Shown one piece after another: positions 51,975-61,861 of a stretch of DNA of 64,000 bases (its first letter is position 1; every line of letters starts with the position of its first letter). The translations under genes and the position numbers were made by a program. This stretch comes from Eshraghiella crossota (GTDB lineage Bacteria > Bacillota > Clostridia > Christensenellales > CAG-917). Where the stretch lies: positions 5,394 through 69,393 of the forward strand of contig CAVANK010000001.1 in the NCBI GenBank assembly GCA_963590075.1, in the 5' to 3' direction. The notes beneath the pieces were generated by a model. That model did not search any database. It saw only the letters and a list, made by a program, of their open reading frames with translations, and was not told where the DNA came from.

Positions 51975-52451
51975 TCAATTTTTCTTGGTCATCTCTTCTT
52001 TGAGTTTTACAAGGTTTTCGATCTCGTCAAGCAAAGTGTTGATGTCTTTGAATTGACGGTGAACGGACGCGTATCTTACATATGCAACCTCGTCAATACT
52101 CTTCAACCCTTCCATAACCATATCACCGAGTGCCGTGGATGAAATCTCTTGGTCGAGCGTGTTGAGCACTTTGCGTTGAATGTCGTTGACAAGACGGTCA
52201 ATGGACGACATCGAAATCGGGCGCTTTTCGCATGCTTTCATTATGCCGATTTTGATTTTGTTGATATCGAAGGCTTGGCGAGAGCCGTCCTTTTTGATGA
52301 CCATAATCGGAGTGCTTTCAACCGTTTCGTAAGTGGTAAAGCGTTTTCCGCAAACGATGCACTCTCTACGACGACGGATTGAAGTGCCGTCTTCGTTCTG
52401 TCTGGAATCAACCACCTTGCTGTCCATACTTCCGCAATAAATACATTTCAT
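51975..52451 (-). CDS. nrdR: transcriptional repressor NrdR
   Basis: Zinc ribbon MKCIYCGS...CIVCGKRFTTYE plus an ATP-cone. Start trimmed to 52451 (GAGG RBS). Confidence 0.93.
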   Translation of the reverse strand: MKCIYCGSMDSKVVDSRQNEDGTSIRRRRECIVCGKRFTTYETVESTPIMVIKKDGSRQAFDINKIKIGIMKACEKRPISMSSIDRLVNDIQRKVLNTLDQEISSTALGDMVMEGLKSIDEVAYVRYASVHRQFKDINTLLDEIENLVKLKEEMTKKN

Positions 52452-52578
52452 ACCGATACCTCGACAATTTATGCGGTTATTATACAATATATTGTGAAAA
52501 AAGTAAAGTTTTATATAAAAAAATACAACATTTAGTACACACTTTAATCTAAAATTATCATTTCCACCATACAAAATA

Positions 52579-52880
52579 CTCCGCAACTGCGCCGTCGGCG
52601 CACAAACCGAGCAAGAGATATATCAAGACTTGTGTAAAAGTATCGTGAAATATTCCATCAGCGCACGCAGTGCGCCTAACGGCTCTCGTAGACAGGCGGA
52701 GCCGTAGTTTATAACTCCACAAAGAGTTGTTGTGAGCATCAACTTTCTATCCGAGCAACCGCCGAGCCGTCTCAAAGTTGCGAGACCTTACGCACAAAAG
52801 CAATGCTCCGATTGCTTTTGTGTAGGACGTTTGCGCCTAAATATGTGTCAAGTTATCTCGTAGAGATAAGTGACACGTGT
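52579..52880. repeat. mosaic intergenic repeat / hairpin cluster, locus G (between nrdR and ylmC)
   Basis: CTCCGCAACTGCGCCGTCGGCGCA resembles 23571-23597. Perfect hairpins at 52588-52602, 52661-52675, 52679-52705 and 52794-52821 (11-bp stem), and an imperfect one at 52845-52876. Confidence 0.7.
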
Positions 52881-52935
52881 TTAGCACTCGGCGCAATTCT
52901 TATCATAAAATACGCGCGCGCGAATAAAATATGGT

Positions 52936-53301
52936 ATGAACGGTATGAACAATCGGCAATATTCCTTTCAAGAATTAAGCAAAAAGACGGTGGTAAACGT
53001 TGCCGACGGCAAAGAACTCGGACACGTTTGCGATATGATTTTCAATGCGTGCGGAAACGTAACCGGCATCGTCGTGCCGGGGAAAAAGAGTATCTTTAAG
53101 AGCATTACAAGCCCGGATAGCATATATGTTCCCTACAACCGAATTATCAAAATCGGTCAAGACGCAATTCTCGTGGAAATGGTCGGCGCAACGGTTTGCG
53201 CACTTGACACGAACTCCGAAAATGAGGCGCAACAAAATTATAGTCAAAATCAAAATCCGTACAATCAAAGTCAATCACCATACAATCAACCGAAAAATTA
53301 G
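52936..53301 (+). CDS. ylmC: YlmC/YmxH-family sporulation protein (PRC-barrel)
   Basis: 121 aa. The core matches YlmC (VVNVADGKELGHVCDM...YVPYNRIIKIGQDAILVE). Q/N-rich tail. Confidence 0.85.
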   Translation: MNGMNNRQYSFQELSKKTVVNVADGKELGHVCDMIFNACGNVTGIVVPGKKSIFKSITSPDSIYVPYNRIIKIGQDAILVEMVGATVCALDTNSENEAQQNYSQNQNPYNQSQSPYNQPKN

Positions 53302-53651
53302 CGCAGAGCCGATTGAAAAAGCAATAACTTCAATTGTTAAAACTGAAAACCAATCGTGTGTTGACATCAGTAAAATCACCCGCATACCACTCAAAAAATG
53401 ACATAATTTTTATCAAAAAAACGCATAAAAACGCCAAAAAAATGGCATTTTTTAATGGTAATTTTGATATAAAATCAATTGTTGCACCCTCGTTATTATT
53501 GTTGTTGGTTACATTCAAAATCTAATATCCGCTTTTGGCTTGCGACAATGACACTCAACAAAATCTATTATCCGTTCTTACTTTTCAATGATGTCCAACA
53601 TCAAAATCAGTTCTTTCCGGTTTTGATTTTCGCCAATGATAATCAATACAA

Positions 53652-54422
53652 TCAATTCATAGCACTTTTGATTTTTGACAAGGCGGATTTTTCAAGCCTC
53701 GATACTTGCGCTTGCGATATGCCTACTATTTGGCTTATTTCTATTTGCGTTTTTCCGTCAAAATAGCGGAGTTTTATCACTTGCAATTCCCTCTCGGGTA
53801 CGAGTTTCAAAGCCTCGTGCAGAGCGATTTTTTCCGTCCAATTTTCACTGTTTTCCTTTTTGTCGGCAAGTTGGTCGATGAGTTCCATCCCCTCTTCGCC
53901 GTCATTGTATGCGGGTTCGAAAAAGGATACCGGTTCGCTTACCGCATCGAGAGCGCAAGCCACTTCTTTGAGCGGAATTCCGATTTCTTCGGCAATTTCC
54001 GTCATCGTGGGATCGTTGGCGTTGTTTTTGGACATATTTTCGCGTGCTTTAAGCGCTTTATATGCCGTATCGCGCATACTTCTTGACACTTTTATGGTTG
54101 TTCTATCTCGTATCGCTCGGCGCATTTCACCGATTATCATAGGCACGGCATAGGTGGAAAAGCGCACGTTGAGATTGATATCGAAGTTTTCAAGAGCCTT
54201 CAAAAGTCCGACCATACCCACTTGGAACAAGTCGTCCGCGCTCTCACCCGCTTTTGAAAATCTACCGACGCACGACAAGACGAGGCGCATATTTGCTCTC
54301 AAAAACAAATCTCTTGCATCGTTATCACCTTTTTTTATGCGCTTCAACAACTCGTCGCACTCGGTGCAGTTTATCTTCGGCAACATCGCGGTGTCTATTC
54401 CGCAAATTTCAACTCTGCCCAT
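53652..54422 (-). CDS. sigG: RNA polymerase sporulation sigma factor SigG
   Basis: 256 aa. VEICGIDT..LP N-terminus, FSTYAVPMIIGEMRR, GISQAQVSRLEK. Downstream of sigE. Confidence 0.93.
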   Translation of the reverse strand: MGRVEICGIDTAMLPKINCTECDELLKRIKKGDNDARDLFLRANMRLVLSCVGRFSKAGESADDLFQVGMVGLLKALENFDINLNVRFSTYAVPMIIGEMRRAIRDRTTIKVSRSMRDTAYKALKARENMSKNNANDPTMTEIAEEIGIPLKEVACALDAVSEPVSFFEPAYNDGEEGMELIDQLADKKENSENWTEKIALHEALKLVPERELQVIKLRYFDGKTQIEISQIVGISQAQVSRLEKSALSKIKSAMN

Positions 54423-54676
54423 ACAAGCAACCTCCTTTGGTGTATGTACCGGCAGAATAATTGACCTGTTTATGTACCGCTATAACACGATTTTCCGCAT
54501 CAAATTATTATCAAACCATAAATATAGTGTGTTAGAATAACGAAAATATGCACGACACTTTAATATTCTATCTCCTTATTGTGTTTTTTGTTTTCTCGTA
54601 AAGATATACTAACATTGTGGACAAATATATTTGTTTTACTTCTATGTTGTCGAGATTTATATGATTGCTTGTCTAA

Positions 54677-55390
54677 TCAACCGAGTTTTTGCATATCCTT
54701 TTTCAAGTTTTCCACAATTTTCTTTTCAAGGCGGGATATATACGATTGCGATATTCCCATCATATCGGCAATTTCTTTTTGCGTCATCTCGTCCTTGCCG
54801 TATAGCCCGAAGCGCAAAGACAATATCTGCCTCTCTCTCGGCGGGAGTTTTTCAAACGTGTTGCGGAGTATTCTGCACTCGTCGGAGGACTCCACGTCGT
54901 TGTAAACGCAATCGGCGTCCGTGCCCAAAATATCGCTCAAAAGCAACGTATTCCCTTCCCAATCGACGTTGAGAGGCTCGTCAAGCGATATTTCCGAGCG
55001 AGTTTTACTGGTCTTGCGCAAGTGCATCAATATCTCGTTCTCGATGCAACGAGACGCAAACGTGGCAAGCTTGATATTCTTGTCGGGATTGTAGCTTCCA
55101 ACCGCCTTGATAAGTCCTATCGTGCCGATGGACACCAAATCGTCCATATCTACGCCCGTGTTGTCAAACTTCTTTGCGATATACACCACGAGGCGCAAGT
55201 TGTGCTCGATGAGTTTTAGACGAGCGTCCTCGTCTCCGTCAAGAAACTTGCGCACGGTGGACTGTTCTTCTTCGAGTGTGAGAGGCGTCGGCAACGAACC
55301 CGTCTGCGATATGTAATTGACGTAGGACGACTCTTTTATGCCGAGCCACTCCAAAAGTTTTTGAAACAATGCTCTCAATTTTCCTTTCAT
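54677..55390 (-). CDS. sigE: RNA polymerase sporulation sigma factor SigE (pro-sigma-E)
   Basis: 237 aa. Pro-sequence then YI..SGSLPTPL, HNLRLVVYIAKKF, ISQSYISRLEKK. Downstream of spoIIGA. Confidence 0.93.
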   Translation of the reverse strand: MKGKLRALFQKLLEWLGIKESSYVNYISQTGSLPTPLTLEEEQSTVRKFLDGDEDARLKLIEHNLRLVVYIAKKFDNTGVDMDDLVSIGTIGLIKAVGSYNPDKNIKLATFASRCIENEILMHLRKTSKTRSEISLDEPLNVDWEGNTLLLSDILGTDADCVYNDVESSDECRILRNTFEKLPPRERQILSLRFGLYGKDEMTQKEIADMMGISQSYISRLEKKIVENLKKDMQKLG

Positions 55391-55522
55391 ATATACTCTC
55401 CGTTGATATAGATTTTTATACGCTTTTGCGCCTTGCGCAAGAAATCGTTACGTCTTGATTTTGCAATATTTTATCGAGTTTAGATAACGTTTTGCAAAAT
55501 TATAAAAGTGCATTTCATATCG

Positions 55523-56284
55523 TTAGAACATCGAATTTTGCAATATAATATCGTAATTTGCAAATTTCCGTTCACTGATTGCGCCGATTGCCTTTTTATG
55601 TATTTGGTCGACTTGCACGTCGCAAAGAGGTACAATCGGCAACAAACTTTCTCCGCCCACCGTGGATACGTTGATGTATCCGTCTATTGACATCTTCCCC
55701 AACTTATCGGCGGTATCGGACGAAAGTATCACGACGGGCAACCCGCTCACGTCGTCCACGAGCGAATTTCCGCTGTCGCAAAGTGCGCACACCACTATTG
55801 TTTTGCCGTTGGCGCAAAGAGTTACGCTTTTGGTTGCACACGCACTTTTGGACTTCTTGACGGCAACGCACCTTGCGCATATAAGCACCAGTGCGATTGC
55901 AAGAGCAATAATGCCCTCTATCGCGTAAGAGTTGACGTCGACGCCAATTGCGTAAGATACGCCATATATCACGCCTCCCGTAAGATACGTATAACAGACG
56001 AAGCACGCAAGCGATTTGAGATAATCGAGCAAGACCGCCCTTTTGTTTTCACCGCCGTATTTGTCGAATATCAAAGCCATAAGCGGTGCGAGCAAAATCT
56101 TGATAATGATAGTTGCCCATTTGGGTGCGACTGCGTATATAGTTGAGCACACCGCACCGAGCAACGTGGCAAGCGCAATGCGCAATTTGTACGCCTTGCG
56201 TCGTCTCGTCGTTTGCACGGCGCAAATGAGCATCAAATCGATTGCAAGATTGTTGAATATAACGAGTTCTACGTACAAGCTCAT
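55523..56284 (-). CDS. spoIIGA: sigma-E processing peptidase SpoIIGA
   Basis: Polytopic N-terminal half, C-terminal aspartic-protease-like DSGN motif (ALCDSGNSLVD). Start chosen at 56284, no clear SD. Confidence 0.85.
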   Translation of the reverse strand: MSLYVELVIFNNLAIDLMLICAVQTTRRRKAYKLRIALATLLGAVCSTIYAVAPKWATIIIKILLAPLMALIFDKYGGENKRAVLLDYLKSLACFVCYTYLTGGVIYGVSYAIGVDVNSYAIEGIIALAIALVLICARCVAVKKSKSACATKSVTLCANGKTIVVCALCDSGNSLVDDVSGLPVVILSSDTADKLGKMSIDGYINVSTVGGESLLPIVPLCDVQVDQIHKKAIGAISERKFANYDIILQNSMF

Positions 56285-56336
56285 CGTATAAAGAATAAAC
56301 TTTTGAGTGTGGAAAAACTTTCCTTTGATGTCGAGC

Positions 56337-56373
56337 AAAAAAATATAACCCTCGCAAAAATGCAAGGGTTATA
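56337..56373 (-). terminator. rho-independent terminator after ftsZ
   Basis: On the minus strand: TATAACCCT...AGGGTTATA stem followed by T7. Confidence 0.75.
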
Positions 56374-56474
56374 AAAGTCAAATTCTTATTATTTCAATAT
56401 TCTAAATCAGCAATTTGTAATTATAGATTTCAATAATTAAGCCGTTTAGAATATCGATTTTGAGTGATTTGCAA

Positions 56475-57914
56475 TCAATCTCTGTCCTTTCTCAATCTGC
56501 GCAAGAAAATCGGAACCTGTCTGGAAGACACGTCGATTCTTGAAGATTGAACGCCGTTTTGAGGCTCTTGGACGGGTTGTTGCGGTTGCGCTTGAACGGG
56601 TTGCACGGGTTGAACGACGGGTTGTGCGGGTTCAACGGGCGCTTGCGGTCTTTGCGAGTTGAAAACGGGACGATTTGCGAAGATGTCGGGATTGTAGACG
56701 GGGGCTTCGACTTCGGGTTGAACTTCCTCTTCCTTTTCCGTTTCGACGTTTGCCGCCGCTTGTGCGAACGCACTGGAAAGCGGTCTTGCGGGTTGCGGAG
56801 CACTGCTTCTTGCGGGTGCGACGTTTCTATCGACGAAACCGGTTGCAATGATGGTGATCTCGATATCTTTCTTGTCGGGAACGAACGCCGTGCCGAGAAT
56901 GATGTTTGCACTGGGATCGACGACTTGTTTTACGATGTCGCAAGCCTCGGTAACTTCGCCGAGCAACATATCTTCACCGCCGGTGATGTTGACGATGATA
57001 CCGGTTGCGCCTTCGATATCCGTTTCAAGCAACGGACTGAAAACCGCACCGCGAACCGCTTCAATAACTCTCTTCTCGCCCTTGCCGTAGCCGATACCCA
57101 TATGAGCAAGACCTTTGTTGGAAAGGATTGTGCGCACGTCCGCAAAGTCGAGGTTGATAAGCTCGGGGTTTGCGATAACGTCGCTCACGCCTTGAACGCC
57201 TTGACGCAATACGTCGTCGGCAATCTCGAATGCGCGTTTGAAAGAGATGTTCTTATCAAGCACTTCGATGAGTTTTTGGTTGGGGATAACCAAAAGCGTA
57301 TCTACGAAATTTTTGAGGTTTTTGATGCCTTCTTCCGCGTTTCTTTGGCGTTGTGCGCCCTCGAAATTGAACGGTTTGGTGACGACTGCGACGGTGAGAA
57401 TGCCCATAGATTTTGCAATCTCTGCGATGACGGGTGCCGCGCCCGTGCCCGTGCCACCGCCCATACCTGCGGTTATGAAGAGCAAATCGATGTCTTTGAG
57501 TGCGGCTTTGATGCGCTCACGAGATTCTTCCGCGGCTTTTCTGCCAACTTCGGGATCAGAACCTGCACCGAGACCGCCCGTCATATTTGCACCGAGTTGA
57601 ATTTTGCAATGCGGAGCGACCAATGACATATTGAGTGCCTGCATATCCGTGTTCATAACAACGAAACTTGCACTCTTGATACCCGCACGAATCATGTTGT
57701 TGACGGCGTTGTTTCCGCCACCACCCACGCCGACGACGACGATATTTGCTTTGCCCGGCTTCTTTTGGGATACGGGTTGATACTCGTGCTCCTCTTCTTG
57801 TACGGGTTGGACGTCCTCGACTTCTTGAACGACTTCCTCTTCTTGTGCGGGTTCTTCTACTTGTTCGGCATTCTCGTCTTGGGGATTCCAGCCGAATTTT
57901 TCAAAATCTATCAT
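56475..57914 (-). CDS. ftsZ: cell division protein FtsZ with acidic N-terminal extension
   Basis: 479 aa. GVGGGGNNAVN, GGTGTGAAPVIA tubulin signature. Long P/Q-rich linker and a basic C-terminal peptide. Confidence 0.95.
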   Translation of the reverse strand: MIDFEKFGWNPQDENAEQVEEPAQEEEVVQEVEDVQPVQEEEHEYQPVSQKKPGKANIVVVGVGGGGNNAVNNMIRAGIKSASFVVMNTDMQALNMSLVAPHCKIQLGANMTGGLGAGSDPEVGRKAAEESRERIKAALKDIDLLFITAGMGGGTGTGAAPVIAEIAKSMGILTVAVVTKPFNFEGAQRQRNAEEGIKNLKNFVDTLLVIPNQKLIEVLDKNISFKRAFEIADDVLRQGVQGVSDVIANPELINLDFADVRTILSNKGLAHMGIGYGKGEKRVIEAVRGAVFSPLLETDIEGATGIIVNITGGEDMLLGEVTEACDIVKQVVDPSANIILGTAFVPDKKDIEITIIATGFVDRNVAPARSSAPQPARPLSSAFAQAAANVETEKEEEVQPEVEAPVYNPDIFANRPVFNSQRPQAPVEPAQPVVQPVQPVQAQPQQPVQEPQNGVQSSRIDVSSRQVPIFLRRLRKDRD

Positions 57915-59080
57915 TTTTTACCTCCGTTGAATATCTTTTTTATAAACGCACCGAAATTGAATTTGGAAAGATTGTCAGCCATAACCAAAAGCGAAGCTTT
58001 TGAACAATCGTCGGGCTTGACGAATCCGGGTAGTTTCGGTGTGACGATTTCTATATTTTTGCCGAGCTGTTCGCTCAAATACTTCTTTGCTCCGCGCATC
58101 GAAGCGACGCCTTCTCCCGTGAGATACACGGGCATATACGAGGGGGCGTCTTCCTCTATTTCCTTGAAAATGTCGGATATCACGTCCGCAAAAACGTCAA
58201 GACGATTTTTGGCAATCTCGCAAGCGTCGGTGGCGTAAACCACGTTTTCTCCGTCACCCACGAGCACTGCTTCGTCGTTGTAATTGAGGTTGATATCCAC
58301 GAGGCGTTTTGCCTCTTCCGCCATATCGAAAGGCACTTCCAAAGCCTCGTAAATGTCGGCGCAAATATGCGCACCGCCCATCGAGAAGGACTTCATTTCC
58401 AAAATGCCTTCGCCTTTTGCAATGCATACGGACGAGGAAAGATATCCGATGTCGATAAGCATATACACGTTGTCGCGTTGCTCTTTTTCCAAAAGAGTCA
58501 TACACTCCGCCCAGCAAGTGGCAACGTATCTGACGTCCGTAAATCCGAGCGAGGAAGCAACCTCGTCAAACGTATTGACGAAACTTCTTTCGCAAAGCAT
58601 ATACGACACGCAAGCGTCAACTCTCGTCGCTTCCATATCGCGAACGTCGCTGAATATCTTCTCGTCTCCGTTGACTGAATAATATATTGCGGACGTGTTG
58701 ATTGTCAAGTATTTGTCAGTGTCGAAATCGTCGCCCTTTTTGAGCAAATAATCTATATCGTCGTCGATGACGCGTCTTTGTCTGTCGAGACGAATACCGA
58801 CCTCTTTGGTTACCACAGTAACGAACTCGGCGGGAACGCCGATAAAAAGTTTTTTGGTGCGAGAATCGGCAGATTTCATTGCGTCGAGAAGGACGGATTT
58901 TGCGATATCGACCGTATCTTCTTTGTCGAACCATTCACCGTTTTCGTAGCCTTGATGTTGCTTTTCTACAAGCGACTTAATGCCAAAAACGCTCTGCGCC
59001 CTCTTTGAGCCGACGATGGCACTTATAAGGCGAGAGTTGACGTCGAGAACGGCGATGTCTTTGGTGAATAACGAACCCAT
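57911..59080 (-). CDS. ftsA: cell division protein FtsA (actin-like ATPase)
   Basis: 389 aa from the ATG at 59080 (GAGGAG RBS). Actin-fold pattern, C-terminal amphipathic helix (FGAFIKKIFNGG). ATGA overlap with ftsZ. Confidence 0.85.
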   Translation of the reverse strand: MGSLFTKDIAVLDVNSRLISAIVGSKRAQSVFGIKSLVEKQHQGYENGEWFDKEDTVDIAKSVLLDAMKSADSRTKKLFIGVPAEFVTVVTKEVGIRLDRQRRVIDDDIDYLLKKGDDFDTDKYLTINTSAIYYSVNGDEKIFSDVRDMEATRVDACVSYMLCERSFVNTFDEVASSLGFTDVRYVATCWAECMTLLEKEQRDNVYMLIDIGYLSSSVCIAKGEGILEMKSFSMGGAHICADIYEALEVPFDMAEEAKRLVDINLNYNDEAVLVGDGENVVYATDACEIAKNRLDVFADVISDIFKEIEEDAPSYMPVYLTGEGVASMRGAKKYLSEQLGKNIEIVTPKLPGFVKPDDCSKASLLVMADNLSKFNFGAFIKKIFNGGKK

Positions 59081-59243
59081 ATTACTCCTCAAATTTCTAA
59101 CGCGCAAGCGCGCGTACTACGCGAATTATTTATAATAATATTATATATAAAATACTTATCGTGTCAATGCATTTTGCGTAAAAATTTTTATTAATATGCA
59201 AATTTTTGTCAAATACGCTCGTTTATTGCGTTATTTGGATATC

Positions 59244-60515
59244 TTATCCCTCATTTTTGCGACGAACGCTACCGCCGAGAGCGCAAAACACGTCCTCGAT
59301 ACGCTCGTATCCGCGGTCTACGTACCCAGTTCCGAACACCCTCGTTTCCCCTTTTGCTTTCAGCCCCGCAATTATAAGCCCCGCTCCCCCGCGCAAGTCT
59401 TTTGCAATCAAAGTCCTCGGCGTATCTCGGTGCAAATCGGCAAGTTTGGGATTGCCGTCGATTATCGCACCGCCCGAGTGGATATAAATATCCGCACCCA
59501 GTTTTTTGAGTTCCTCGACGTGGGCAAAGCGGTTTTCAAACACCGTTTCGCAAATCTCGCTTACACCGTCCGCAAAGCACGAGAGCGCAAGAATTTGCGG
59601 TTGCATATCCGTGGGAAAAAGCGGATAAGGCGCAGTGGATATTCTGACTGGGTGTACTCTGCCCGTCGAGGTTATACGCATAGAGTTTTCATCGCTTACG
59701 ATTTTGCAATCTTTGGAGCGCAAAGCATCGCAAACCGTGCCGAGCAATCTCTCGTTCGCACCGTCGATTCTTACGTCTCCGCCGCAAAGCGCAACAGCGC
59801 AAAGCACCGTGCCCGCAACTATCCTATCGAATACGGGCGTGATTGCGCAACCGCCGAGTTTGTCTACGCCCTCAACTCGTATGACGGGCGTGCCTTCACC
59901 TTGCACGCGCGCACCCATTGCGCGCAAACCGCGTGCGAGAGATACGATTTCAGGTTCGCGGGCGCAGTTTATAAGTGTGGTTTTGCCTTTGGCAAGAGTG
60001 GCGCACATAAGCAGATTTTCCGTCGCGCCCACGCTCGGATATTTCAAGAGTATATCCGCGCCGTGCAAACCGTCGGCATAGCAATGCAAGCCTTGCTCGG
60101 TATATTCCACAGTTGCGCCCATTTTGCGCAGTCCGTCCACGTGGATATCGAGAGGTCGACTGCCTATTTTGCACCCGCCCGGGAACGAAATTTCCGCTTC
60201 ACCCAAAGAAGCCAAAAGCGCGCCGAGCATAAACATAGACGAGCGCATATCTTTGCAAAGCGTTTCGCTCGCGCGTGCGCGCACGGCTTTGCCGTGCACG
60301 CTTATGCGCCTACCCTCGCACTCTACGCGCGCGCCCAAGTCGCAAAGCAAATCGCACATTACGTCAACGTCGCTTATGTAAGGACAATCGTCTATCGTCA
60401 CCGTTTCTTCACTTAAAATACCCGTTGCAAGCAAAGGCAAAACGGCGTTCTTCGCGCCGTGTACCGTCGTGCGCCCGAATAGACTTTCTCCGCCGATAAT
60501 CTCAAAATATTCCAT
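59244..60515 (-). CDS. murA: UDP-N-acetylglucosamine 1-carboxyvinyltransferase
   Basis: 423 aa from the ATG at 60515. Active-site Cys context FPGGCKIGSRPLDIH. The ORF track extends spuriously to 60812. Confidence 0.93.
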   Translation of the reverse strand: MEYFEIIGGESLFGRTTVHGAKNAVLPLLATGILSEETVTIDDCPYISDVDVMCDLLCDLGARVECEGRRISVHGKAVRARASETLCKDMRSSMFMLGALLASLGEAEISFPGGCKIGSRPLDIHVDGLRKMGATVEYTEQGLHCYADGLHGADILLKYPSVGATENLLMCATLAKGKTTLINCAREPEIVSLARGLRAMGARVQGEGTPVIRVEGVDKLGGCAITPVFDRIVAGTVLCAVALCGGDVRIDGANERLLGTVCDALRSKDCKIVSDENSMRITSTGRVHPVRISTAPYPLFPTDMQPQILALSCFADGVSEICETVFENRFAHVEELKKLGADIYIHSGGAIIDGNPKLADLHRDTPRTLIAKDLRGGAGLIIAGLKAKGETRVFGTGYVDRGYERIEDVFCALGGSVRRKNEG

Positions 60516-60517
60516 AC

Positions 60518-61861
60518 TCACCCTACGTCTTTTCTTTTTGATTTTTGCGTGATTTTGAAGGAGTCCGTACGCAAATACGGCGTTCCGTTTCTTGCAATCG
60601 ACAACAATACGCCAGTCGCGCCGAGATACGCCACGAGCGAACTTCCGCCCGCACTCATAAACGGCAAAGGCAACCCCGTCGGCGGGATAGCACCGCACAC
60701 CACCGCGACGTTGAGCAATGATTGTATGCCCGTAACCGCGGTTATGCCGAGTGCCAAATAGCAAGAAAATCTGTCGCTTGCTTGTCTTGCTATGCGTATG
60801 CCTCTCACGCAAAACGCCACGAACAATCCGACGATTGCGACTACGCCGAATAGCCCCGTTTCCTCACCTATCACCGACAAAATGAAGTCGCTTTCCGCAA
60901 AGGGCAAGAACAAATACTTTTGCCGAGATTGGAACAGTCCCACTCCGAACAATCCACCGCTTCCGAGCGCGTAGTATGATTGAATGAGTTGATAGCCTTC
61001 TTCGAGAGGAGAATCCCACGGATTGAGGAACGCGGCAAGGCGTTGAAGTCGGTACGGCTCTAACAGTACGAGCGCAACCGCTCCGACCACCGCGGGTATT
61101 GCCAAAAGCAACAAATGAAGAGGTTTTGCACCGCTTGCAAAGAGCATAAGAAAAAGCGTGCCCGCAACGCATATAGTTATGGACATATTGGGTTCGAGCA
61201 TCAAAAGCACGCACACCGCACCGCCGATTGCAAGCACGGAAAGCACGTTGCGAAATTTGCGCATATCCGACTTGCTTGCAAAGGACGCTATTGCCATAAC
61301 CATAAAAAATTTGGCGTATTCGGACGGTTGAATGGTGAAAAATCCGAGATTGAGCCAACGCTTTGCGCCGTAGCTTTCGACGCCTACCACGGGCAAAAAC
61401 ACCATACTCAAAAGCGCAAGTCCGATTATGTACGAAACGGGCGCGAACTTTTGAAGCTTCGAGGCGTCCGAAAACGCAATAAGTGTCATTGCAAATACGC
61501 CGATTACGAGCGCGACCGCTTGCGTTTTGACGTAGTGAAAGGAGTCTCCGAATTGGATATTCGCACCGTACGAAGACGCCGAATATATGAACAAAAGTCC
61601 GAGCAACGACAGCGTGAGCGCGATTGCCAAAAGCGGATAATCGATTTTGCCGTAGCCGAGCAAGCCTTTACTCTCACGCGTGCTTGCGTAAGCGTGTGCA
61701 CTCGATTGCGCGCGCCCTCTTGCGCCGAGGCGCACGCGCGACAACGTACCCGCGCCCACGCCCGCATTATCCGCGGGCATATACGCGCGTCTGTCAACGA
61801 TTACGCCGTTTTGCACGAGTTCACCGCTTTGATTGAATTTTTCCAAAGAGCGGTTTTTCAT
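60518..61861 (-). CDS. ftsW: SEDS-family peptidoglycan glycosyltransferase (FtsW/SpoVE)
   Basis: 447 aa, ~10 TM, FtsW/RodA signature near the C-terminus (GLPLPFMSAGGSS). ~70-aa soluble N-terminal extension. ATGA overlap with murD. Confidence 0.88.
   Translation of the reverse strand: MKNRSLEKFNQSGELVQNGVIVDRRAYMPADNAGVGAGTLSRVRLGARGRAQSSAHAYASTRESKGLLGYGKIDYPLLAIALTLSLLGLLFIYSASSYGANIQFGDSFHYVKTQAVALVIGVFAMTLIAFSDASKLQKFAPVSYIIGLALLSMVFLPVVGVESYGAKRWLNLGFFTIQPSEYAKFFMVMAIASFASKSDMRKFRNVLSVLAIGGAVCVLLMLEPNMSITICVAGTLFLMLFASGAKPLHLLLLAIPAVVGAVALVLLEPYRLQRLAAFLNPWDSPLEEGYQLIQSYYALGSGGLFGVGLFQSRQKYLFLPFAESDFILSVIGEETGLFGVVAIVGLFVAFCVRGIRIARQASDRFSCYLALGITAVTGIQSLLNVAVVCGAIPPTGLPLPFMSAGGSSLVAYLGATGVLLSIARNGTPYLRTDSFKITQKSKRKDVG

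Noticed and set aside
54423-54676. Forespore (sigma-F/G) promoter upstream of sigG and a sigma-E-type promoter upstream of sigK or yunB
   Set aside because: GCATA...CACACTA-like and CATATAGT-like strings are present, but spacing and matches are too loose to call without a weight matrix.
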